Origin: Pecten maximus
Lineage: Eukaryota
NCBI RefSeq assembly: GCF_902652985.1
Contig: NC_047015.1
Coordinates: forward strand, 48,546,001 to 48,610,000
Reading direction: 5' to 3'
DNA: 64,000 nucleotides
The position numbers and the translations under genes are program-made. Below are positions 53,981 through 64,000 of the stretch, in pieces. The notes below the pieces were generated by a model. That model was not told where the DNA came from and made no database searches. It saw nothing but the letters and a program-made list of their open reading frames with translations. Position 1 is the first letter of the stretch; each line of letters starts with the position of its first letter.

Positions 53981-55003
53981 TAAATCTCATAAAGATCAAA
54001 TACTAAAAGATAAAAATATCTCTGTATATATGCTTCTGAATATGCCTAGATATTTTAAATATAAAATATATAGATGGTATTTCTGTACCTAACTTTCGAA
54101 TGTTGTATTTCAAAATTTGTTTCTAACAAAAGAGACATGAATGACGTATCTTAAACGCCTAGATGTGATTGTTGACACGTGGAAATTAAAACAAGTTTCA
54201 ATTTTCAAGCGTTTGCTCATTATTTCAAATACATTTGATTGCAATGTTAAGGGATTCAAAGTCCATTGGCTACTAAGTTATGGAGTGCACATCAAAAAGA
54301 GTGGGTGCTTATAGAGTTACTGTATGACATGATATACTAAAAGTATATAGATACAAATCTCATTTTTTTGTAAAAGAAAAGCAATTGCTTGAAACCCTAA
54401 TATATGTATGTTGAAAAACCTTGAATACAAATTGCGCATGCAAACGTCATATTGAATGTCACATTGTATGCCGTGTTAAAATTCTTATAAGTATTAGCAC
54501 TTTTTATGTATAACATAGTAACAAATGACGTAGGAAGACAATTTATATGGCTCGTGCCCCGCCTTGGCCTCGACCCAACGATCTACGGCACCTAATCACC
54601 TAGCTACAAAGCTTACCTTAAGTCCAAATTCTTATAAATGACGTTTCAACAGAGCAGTGATCATCGGCCCGGTACCCTGGCATGATCATAGTGACAAACC
54701 ATCAACTAGCTGATGTGATTACCTTGATCGCAATTTGTATACATACATCGATGCAAACTGTTAACATATAACAACATTTCAATATGGTACAATTACGACA
54801 GGAATTTCAAATAACGAAAGGAGAGGATTTTATGACTTGTGCTCGGACCGGACGTCGAACTCTCGATTATTTTTTTTCTGTAATAAACGTATGTCCTTAT
54901 TTTGCTACACTTTATAAAATGTTTTCCTTTCCATGGAAGGAATCAACGTGAGAAGTTGAATTTCGCTAATGTTTGTTTAATGTCTTAGCTACGACATTAT
55001 ACA

Positions 55004-55181
55004 TATAGGATATTGAATGGTTTCCCTGTGAATATAACATATACTTCACTCATATGACAGAATATATCGTTCTTCGCATTCGTGAAAAAAAAACAATATT
55101 CTGTAACACTCGTGTACACTCTGTCAAACGAGTGAAATATAATCTATAATCAACGGCAAATTATTCAATTTTCTTTTTATT
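55004..55181. mobile_element. Short palindromic non-autonomous element, same family as 33320-33466
   Basis: tattgaatggtttccctgtgaatataacatatacttcactcatatgacagaat ... gagtgaaatataatctataatcaacggcaaattattcaat. Confidence 0.6.
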
Positions 55182-56139
55182 GCATTTTATGCTAAAAACA
55201 AAATGAAAGACATCGAAAAGTAATAGTCGCAAGAAGTGCGGGAATCAGTAACATAATTCATGACGTTGTCTCTTTGTGACGTTATTCATGACAAACAACT
55301 TTTGAAAGGACTGATCAGTGCAATTTAAGCGTTTTCTGCTGTTTTCGGAGAATGTATGCATGAACACCAAACGCCAAGTTAGTATTTTGTCAAAACTAGT
55401 CTGAATATTTAAGAAATACAGTAAAATAACCCATCTACATCTCTCCGCTTTGATTGGAAAAATCGGCAAATTTTAATGAGGTGAATACAAAGGTTTGCTC
55501 TGATGAAAAGTAAAAGTGTAAAACTTTAAAAGTCCATTCAAAAACGAAAAATTTATATTTTTACTGCAAAATCTGTTTTTGATCCGTTTGATAAATTTCT
55601 TGATTACATAAGGCGATTGATTTCCTTAACTAAAGGCGTAAGGTATATTATGAACTATTACACGGCTAAAATGACTATTTCTCGGTCACTTGCGAACTAT
55701 TGAACACCTGTTTAATTTGATAATTAGTGTTAATAGTTATTTTGGCTGTAAATCGTAAGAAGTAATAAAACGCCATGTGTGACATTAAATTTTCTTATCA
55801 GGATGCATTATATAATGCATAACCCCGTTGTATAAATGCAAACAATACAGTTTGCGCATTTACGGAAGCATTGGGATTAAAGATAGGTCGGAACGGACGG
55901 TATTTACACTACGAACATTTTATAGGCCTCTTTGACCCCTATGAAGTTACATATCAAGACAGGTTCAATGGAAACGTGTTAAAAAGACATGTATATGCAT
56001 GCGTATTCCGACATCTAGATAAGTATATATACGCGCGTGTTAAAATAAAGGTTTGTGTTTATAAACGACAACATCTATATCTGTATCACAATGAAAAGAT
56101 AATGAAACCTTTGTTTGATCACAGGATAGGCCGCATACA

Positions 56140-56520
56140 TGACGGGAAATCTCGCTTTTCTAAGGTAAAATCTAATAGGCTGAGTCGACCGCGTTGTACT
56201 TGTGAAACTGAAACGGGTTCATTGCGGTTAGGCCACAGGTTTTCACTATATATCTAAAACGAAAGTAACTATCGCATTTGCACTCTGTCGACCTTTTGTT
56301 TTACGAAATGGTGTATCTTCAACAAAACTTCATTCCGGTTACACTTTAAGGGCAACATTACAACATTTCCTTATTCTGATTAACCTGAAATGTTCTTTAT
56401 TATACGAGTGTACATCACGCGTAATGTTCATGTTTAAATTAGATAAAAATGACGATAAGAAATTGGATTATCCAATGAATGGTGAACAAACTATTTTTAA
56501 CGCCCGGGAATTTCTACCTT
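56140..56520 (+). promoter_or_regulatory. Putative promoter of paralogue 6 with ISRE-like and kB-like motifs
   Basis: GGGAAATCTC 56144-56153, GAAACTGAAAC 56204-56214, AAAACGAAAGT 56256-56266 and GGGAATTTCT 56506-56515. Confidence 0.45.
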
Positions 56521-56534
56521 CATCAGTTATATAA

Positions 56535-57587
56535 ATGATGTACAGCAAATTAAACAAACAGTTCTCCCATCGTACTCTTTTATGCAAAATGACGGTTTTG
56601 TCCCTGCGTCCTTCCGAAATTCGCTACAGTCAGGGCACTATCGCCAGGTGCTTTAAAAATGGACGCCATTCTGAAACACCGATCGGACAGACATTGGATG
56701 ATCTAATAGAACACAAATGTACCATTCATGATATCAAAAAAATTACCGTGACTTCACGTGACGGAATTTGGTATTCAGGAGACAACAGACGACTATGGGT
56801 GTTCCGAAAATATGAAGAACTTGGAATCATCGACAGAATTTCCGCAAAAGAAGGGTATGTTCATTCGCAAAAGTTCACAACTGACAACCATGGTGTGTCA
56901 GTACGTGTTCGTGGGGATCCTGGTGGACAGGTATGGAGGAATTTTAAAGAGCTGATTATCAAAACAACTGAAACATCAAAAGCTGTTGACATCAGGGAGT
57001 CTAAGGCTAGTACACTACAAAATAACAATTCCGTGGTAATATCACTTGTGGAAGATGACATACAGCCATCAAACCATGAACTGTGTGATTTTTCTGAAGA
57101 GTTGAAAGCCAGTGTCATGATAGAACCTTCGCTGGGTAAAGGATATTCAGAAGAAACTGGTTCTTGTCTCGAACGTACTTCATCCTACGTGGAGGATGTT
57201 ACAACAAAGGGGCAAGAAAACCTAGTAGATGCTGGAAATGAAGATGACCGCCAGCATGTCTGTAGGACCAATGACTTACCTTCAACAGAAAGGATGACTT
57301 TTCGGTCTACTCATGATTCAAATTGTATAGTGTCAAACAATAACTACGTAAGTGCGAACTTGTCTTTGTTGGACGGCTCTCCAGTTTCCAGTCACCATTC
57401 GGTGGATATCCAAACTATCCATTTAACAGTGAGCAGACCTGGGCAATCTGCTGATAGACAGAAACTTACAAAACTGTGTCTAACGCGTATTTCAGAAAAG
57501 TGTATTACTCCACATTGTATATGTTTTATATTTATTGCAAGTATTGTGTTGATGTTTTTGTATTTTGCTATTTTGGTTTTCACTTGA
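56535..57587 (+). CDS. Family paralogue 6; the start homologous to the other paralogues is ATG 56589
   Basis: MTVLSLRPSEIRYSQGTI...WYSGDNRRLWVFR...KFTTDNHG; linker partly alignable to paralogues 1/2 (SVVISLVED); tail CICFIFIASIVLMFLYFAILVF. Confidence 0.9.
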   Translation: MMYSKLNKQFSHRTLLCKMTVLSLRPSEIRYSQGTIARCFKNGRHSETPIGQTLDDLIEHKCTIHDIKKITVTSRDGIWYSGDNRRLWVFRKYEELGIIDRISAKEGYVHSQKFTTDNHGVSVRVRGDPGGQVWRNFKELIIKTTETSKAVDIRESKASTLQNNNSVVISLVEDDIQPSNHELCDFSEELKASVMIEPSLGKGYSEETGSCLERTSSYVEDVTTKGQENLVDAGNEDDRQHVCRTNDLPSTERMTFRSTHDSNCIVSNNNYVSANLSLLDGSPVSSHHSVDIQTIHLTVSRPGQSADRQKLTKLCLTRISEKCITPHCICFIFIASIVLMFLYFAILVFT

Positions 57588-60500
57588 AAATAAAAGAAGA
57601 TGTATTGAAATATATTTCATATGATTTTATGTGCAGTGTAATTCACATAAATACATGACACAGAAACAGAAACACCGAAGGAAGAATTTTTCCAACGGCG
57701 TCTTAATATGACATGAATGCAATCTGATACTTTGATCTCAACGTCTTTTAATTCTTAATGGAATTAATATTTTCATGAAAAAGTTTTATATACATATATA
57801 AGTGTTACTTCTAAGTAAATAATTACATAATCTATAATTTACCACATAACTATGCGTTGGAATTCATTTGCAAGTATATATCATAAGTGATGTGGAAGAT
57901 AGGAAAGTATATACCGGTATTTTAAGATTATCTAACTTTCCGCCCGTTTAGATGTCTTTTCGTTCCGTTGTTTCCATCCTAGACATTATTTTAAGGATGT
58001 CATATAACCCAGATTCGACCTAGATTTACATAGGAATTTAGTTATTGTAAATTAAGGAAAAGACGCTTAACCTCTAAGAACACATTGTCTTTTTTTCAAC
58101 CTTTGATACCAATGTTCAAAATAGAATTGAGAATAATGAATGTTGCTTTATTTATGGATTATACATACACTCTGTATTGAAGAATAGTCCACGAATATGT
58201 ATTTCAGTATAGACATCACACCTTCAGAAATAGATAACATATCGTATACCAGCTATTTTTGTGAGTGTCCATTTTTGCGATATATCGCTGTAGTTTGATA
58301 CCGCATATACATCATGCTAAATATTGTTCTTTTTCGCAGAAAATACTCATGTTGCAAAACTTCTCAACATTGGTAACATTCAGTCAACAGGATGTAGCAA
58401 GTGTTAGACAAATAGGTGTAATCTCAATAAAACTCATATCAAAGTGCTGCAGATAGAAACACTTAAAGCAGCCGGAAAAGAGTTATAGATATCAAGAGAA
58501 TTCAGACTGTAACCTATGACATGAAGGACACTAATAAAGGATATGGTATTATCATATATCATGTATACGCAAATCGCTATATCAATACGATATCATAATA
58601 CTAAAAGAGCTAATTGAAACTAAATCCTGTTATTTCAAAATGAGCATCATGTTATTAAAAGGTATTATGCTGATAGTTTGACAAAAGTGTATGTGAAACT
58701 TGTGATACCGGATTTCTTTTTTGGGGATTTTTTAAATATTATCTACTGGTATGTCTCATTTTTATATTTATGTAACTTGTGAATGCTTATTTTATTGGAA
58801 TGTGCTCGGTACTCTAGGTATAAGGATAAATGAATGTTTCGTTGAAATATTTAGATGAAGCATGAACATTTCTTTAAGCTCAAACATCCAATATAATACC
58901 AAGGTGTATCAATACATGTTTTCAATGTCACTTATAATAATTAGCCTTGAATATCACTCATTAAATGTTCATACCACAGTTTTATCAAACTATGCCATTA
59001 CGCAACTTTGTGTTGTAATGAATGTCACGATATCGATTCCCTTCTTTAGAATGGTGTGGCATGATATTCCTAGTATGAAAAATATACTTTCGGTTTCGAT
59101 TTGATAGCTTTCGTAAAACAGTTTTCGTTATCTTATCAAATATATCGCTGGTAAAATTGATATGATTGTTGAAACATTATTTATTGTCAAGGTCGATATT
59201 CCAAAACGTAATGCAACTTAAGCAGGTGAAAGGTAAAATCTAGATAGGCATCTATATAGTATGTCGGTTTCGTTTTCATATAGTGTGTTACTTACAAAAA
59301 AGGGGCATGACTCTTGGTGGCCAGTGTCTTCTGGTGCAATCTTCTAAATTGCTAAAGTTGGATGGATTTTTACAGCTGAATCAATGATATAACAACCTAT
59401 TAAAAAGTCGCATGCAATACTAGCTTACTTTAGACCGACCGTCCTATTATCATAATTATTATCATTAGTATCCACCATCCCCGATTTTTACTGTAACATT
59501 GTAACTGAAAGGTATTGTTGTACATTTCACGCGAGGTACTATCCTATGTATCATTTATTTCTTTTCTGTCTGTTTCATTCGTCAACCTCCTTCTCCATTA
59601 TACCATTTCTCCTTCATATGACTATAGACAATATGACAATTCAATGGATTGTAAAATTAATTCCTGTATGACACATAAGAACATGTGAAATTGATTTGTT
59701 GTTGTTTTTTTTTTGTTTTTTTTTTTTTGTTGTTGTTTTTTTTTTCAAATTCAATATCGTATGATAAAAGATGTTTAAAACATATTACTGAAAAACTAAA
59801 GAACGAAAATTAACGACAGAGTCATTATCATACTGACAGCAGGCGAACCAGTCCTTACTACTAAATAGCATATATATAAAAAGTCCCATTTGTTCATTTA
59901 TACCAATTATTATCCATAATTCATTTATTAATTATTATTTGTTTGATGCTGTTTGTCATATAAAGTTCATCTGACATCGAGTTATTTTTGCTTAAATTGT
60001 AACAGTTTTGTTTTAGGACTAAATCACCTACAAAGTGAATCGCGTGTTTCTGTCTTCCCCAAAATTCGCGAGCCGGGTTCAATTTTGTTTTTGGCTGGTT
60101 TCATTTTCATAACTTTGCATTGGGATTTCCACACTTTCCGACACTTGTCCTAGAAAGAGAAAATATTCGGATAATAAAGCTGTATTTATTATTTGTTGGA
60201 TATAATTTATATTACAAAAACACAAGCAAATGCGTTTTAAGTTCACATTTTGCATCATCATTAATTACATGTAATACTTGAAATATATTGATATTACCAA
60301 ATACTTCAAAGCAGATATCTTTTCAATTCAAATATTTAACATATTATTGTAAAATGATATTTTTTACACTTTTTTATTTACTAAAATTACATACTAAAGC
60401 TTGCATTTATTGTATTGACTTCGTCTTTGATCGTAGTGTTATGAGGTAAATAAAATTACGTATACGACGTTATCAAAAGGTGATAATCATGTAATATATA

Positions 60501-61574
60501 TATATAATACAATATACACATGATTTAAAGGTATTCCGTAAATGATGGGAGCTATGACCTCGATGAGTGTAATTCAGTGTAATGCGTCCTACGCGCAGGT
60601 AATAGGTTTTAAGCGAAATTCAATTGAAATTATTTGTTTAAATTAAGCTACATGTAAAAGGAGAATAAGCCCTTCAAAGTTTCACCCAATAGCAATACAC
60701 GGTCGTTATAGACATGCGGTCGTTATATATAGGCGGTCGTTTGAGCAGGTTTGACTGTATTTACACTTTCATCTTTTCCAAAAATAATGTCTAGGCATAG
60801 ATTATTTCAATATGGATTTCCGGCTATATTTATATGAGCAGACTTGTTGAATTAGACAGCATAAACTTCTATGATGTGAAACCTAAATGTTCTTTTTTTT
60901 CCATAAAATGTCTTATCTTTAATTGCTTGTTGAAGAAGCAAACTTGGATTTTATAGTGTACTCTAGAACAAAACGAAATTGAAAAGAGGTAACTCGATTT
61001 CCAGTTAACTAAAATGTATCGAAATAGTTAAAGACTCTGAACCATTATGAATTTAAATAGGACCTGCTAACATTTTCAGATTATACAGCCTTCGGTCATG
61101 ATTGTTTGCTATTGATTTAGCCCTAATAAAAATCACAATAGGTATTCTACTTTGGGGATTGCACGAAACGAAAATAAAACTAATAACTATTTCCGACTAA
61201 AAGGACAAACAAACCAAATAATGAAAACAACTGGATCTTCAGTTCAATCTTTTTCCACGGTAAATTGTGCGAATTCCGCAGAAAAATCGAAGAAATCTGT
61301 ATTTTTCAACTGCTTATTATTATGACCTGAACTTTTGAATAAAACTCATAATGACATACCAAATTTATATCAACATTACCTATGAATAATTATCTATTCA
61401 GGCTACATATCTACATGTTTATTGGAACTTCACAATATACTGGCAAATCTGGGGCTGCCAAACATTTTACCCTTGCTTCAACCTTGTATACACAGGGGCA
61501 AATTTCAAAAGCTTATTTTCAATTGGTTGGTTATTCCCAAAATGTATTTCAATATAGAATCAATGCAATAACTA

Positions 61575-61685
61575 TTGAAATAGATTGGTAATTCCAGTGT
61601 TGACAAATGGACTCACGCCAAATCGAATACAGTGAGCTTAATTAATCAGCTGGAAATTACCAACTCAAATCATGTTCTTGTTATT
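61575..61685 (+). promoter_or_regulatory. Putative promoter of paralogue 7, homologous to the paralogue 1/2/4 proximal block
   Basis: GGTAATTCCA 61587-61596 and GGAAATTACC 61652-61661; upstream GAAATTGAAAA 60975-60985. Confidence 0.45.
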
Positions 61686-61690
61686 CTATA

Positions 61691-62344
61691 ATGAGTCCAC
61701 GGAAGACAATCTATAGGTACATTAGTATTTCATCAACGACTGAGCAGAAAATGAAAATGATGGGTCAGACATTGGACAACCAAGTGGAACCCGATTGCTC
61801 CATTCAGAATATTCCTGAAATATCAGTTGTTGCAGATAACGTACGGCCATCAAAGCTATCGTTATCGTCGGAAGAGATGACAGACAATGTCATTGTCTAT
61901 GATAATTCTGCCACGTTAGAACATTTTGGGAGCAATGACTCTTCAGAAAAAAATGGCTGGTGTAAGAAATCAACTTCATCTGATTTGGAGGAAGGCACAG
62001 CAAAAGAGCGCGACAGTCCAGTTTTTGATTCAGATGAAGAATACCAACAGCACGTCTGTGTGACCAAGGATGGGATGCCTTTGCCGTCTACTGAGGATGT
62101 GTTGTCAGACAATAGCTGTGTAAGTGTGGACTTGGATGTACGTCCACTATCCAATGATCAACTTAACAACTCATCGGTGGTGGAAACTAGTCACCCAATA
62201 TTTACTGAGCTGGTGGTACATGATGATATGCCAGATTGTCCACCTGGGTGTTGTGGTCGCTTTGAATTGATTGGAACACTTGTGTTGCACATTTTGCAGC
62301 TTCTCACTGCGTTTATCCTTCCTATAGTGTTTTGTTTTATATAA
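61691..62344 (+). CDS. Family paralogue 7: open frame retaining linker and TM but with most of the N-terminal domain deleted
   Basis: Only GQTLDNQVEPDCSIQNIPEISV remains of the domain. The linker (SEEMTD, SSDLEEG, FDSDEEYQQHV, DNSCVSVD) matches paralogues 1/2/6. Tail LIGTLVLHILQLLTAFILPIVFCFI; the family promoter block is present at about 61575-61685. Confidence 0.7.
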   Translation: MSPRKTIYRYISISSTTEQKMKMMGQTLDNQVEPDCSIQNIPEISVVADNVRPSKLSLSSEEMTDNVIVYDNSATLEHFGSNDSSEKNGWCKKSTSSDLEEGTAKERDSPVFDSDEEYQQHVCVTKDGMPLPSTEDVLSDNSCVSVDLDVRPLSNDQLNNSSVVETSHPIFTELVVHDDMPDCPPGCCGRFELIGTLVLHILQLLTAFILPIVFCFI

Positions 62345-62899
62345 CTTTATGGTCGGTGTAATTGATCTGCTGATAGAAAAAAAACATTTCAAACTAGTTG
62401 TGATCGCTTTATATTGATCGGGGTGATCTTAGTGATGTTCCGAGTACTGCTTGTGTGCTTTCCTTTCAAACATTTGAAATTGTCATGTAACTATATTTTC
62501 AGTGTAATTAAACACGAATGTATAATCAAAAAAGAAATGACGATGACAGATTTTTTTAATCTCAGACTCATATTCAAATTTGTTTGCACGACCATGTCTG
62601 TGCGTTCTTAAAGATGTGTGTTATACATATACAATTAACTACATACTAAGGAAACGATCGCTATATCTTTTATTTACTACGTACCTTAATTATTTTGGCT
62701 ACTCTACTCCTGCGTATTAAACTATTTTGTGATATGTCAGTCTAGTTTACTGATTCATTGATTGAAAATAGAAAGTGTGAAAAACAAATAAATAATGCAT
62801 GCTAAATTGTGCTTATTTTTTCACAAACGAATCACGTCACAAAGTCCAAGTATTTGGAACATACTAGTCACACCCATGAAACTGCCACTGAAAGAAAAT

Positions 62900-64000
62900 C
62901 AAACCTAGGGCGAAAAGAACACTAAAGACACGGTATAAGCTATGTAACCTAGGACGAAAAGGCGTCAAAGACATGATATAGGCTATGTAATCTAGGACGA
63001 AAAGGCGCTAAAGACATAGTATTCGCTATGTAACCTAGGACGAGAAGGACACTATAGACATGCTATTGGCTATGTAATATAGTACGAGAAGAACACTAAA
63101 GATATGGTATAGGCTACAATATATGTAAACTAGGACGGGAAAGACACTTAAGACATGGTATAGGCTATGTAACCTAGTACTAGAAGGACACTAAAACCAT
63201 GGTATAGGCTATGTAACCTAGGACGAGAAGGCGCTAAAGACATGGTATACATGTAGGCTATGTAACCTAGGACGAGAAGGACACTAAAGACATGGTATAG
63301 GCTATGTAACCTAGTACGAGAAGGACACTAAAACCATGGTATAGGCTATGTAACCTAGGACGAGAAGGCGCTAAAGACATGGTATACATGTAGGCTATGT
63401 AACCTAGGACGAGAAGGACACTAAAGACATGGTATAGGCTATGTAACCTAGTACGAGAAGGACACTAAAACCATGGTATAGGCTATGTAACCTAGTACGA
63501 GAAGGACACTAAAACCATGGTATAGGCTATGTAACCTAGGACAAGAAGGCGCTAAAGTCATGGTATAGGCTATGTAACCTAGGATGAGATGGACACTAAA
63601 GACATAGTATAGGCTTTGTAACCAAGGACGAGAAGGACACTATAGACATGCTATTGGCTATGTAACCTAGGACGAGAAGAACACTAAAGACATGGTATAG
63701 GTTATGTAACCTAGGACGAGTAGGACACTTCAAACTTGGCTATGTAACCTAGGACGAGTAGGAGACTAAAGACATAGTATTGGCTATGTAACCTAGAACG
63801 AGTAGGATACTTAAGACATGGTATTGGCTATGTAACCTAGGACGAGTAGGACTCTTCAAACTTGGCTATGTAACCTAGGACGAGTAGGACACTTAAGACA
63901 TGGTATTGGCTATGTAACCTAGGACGAGTAGGACACTTCACACTTGGCTATGTAACCTAGGTCGAGTAGGACACTAAAGACATCGTATTGGCTATATAAC
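62900..64000. repeat. 44-bp satellite/minisatellite (GGCTATGTAACCTAGGACGAGAAGGACACTAAAGACATGGTATA), running off the window end
   Basis: Directly visible periodicity (ggct at 63163 and 63207); longer and shorter unit variants are present. Confidence 0.95.

Noticed and set aside
54545-54605. Minus-strand tRNA/SINE-like segment with a B-box-like GGTCGAGGCC
   Set aside because: Too degenerate; no cloverleaf.

Overview
AT-rich eukaryotic genomic DNA with spliceosomal introns, LINEs and satellites; most likely an invertebrate such as a bivalve mollusc (inferred from repeat content, not proven). Left half (about 7.3-32.5 kb): an old tandem duplication carrying two minus-strand synaptobrevin/VAMP-like (R-SNARE) genes with a lysine-rich N-terminus. 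Copy 1 has a 6.55-kb Ngaro-type tyrosine-recombinase retrotransposon with split direct repeats in its intron. The copy 2 unit has LINE fragments and a newly expanded 20-bp minisatellite. Right half (about 33.4-62.4 kb): a plus-strand tandem array of seven paralogues (five with the full domain, one pseudogene, one domain-deleted copy) with intron-free coding regions. They encode an N-terminal ~115-aa domain (PSxIRYSQxxI...IPxITV...WYxxDNRRLWVFR...KFTT...G) resembling ParB/sulfiredoxin-fold, polymorphic-toxin-type domains, then a variable low-complexity linker and a C-terminal membrane anchor. Their upstream regions carry ISRE-like and NF-kB-like motifs, so this array is the best candidate for an undescribed membrane-tethered, immune-inducible effector family. 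A foldback DNA element, palindromic MITEs, ~500-bp tandem repeats and a 44-bp satellite running off the right end complete the window.
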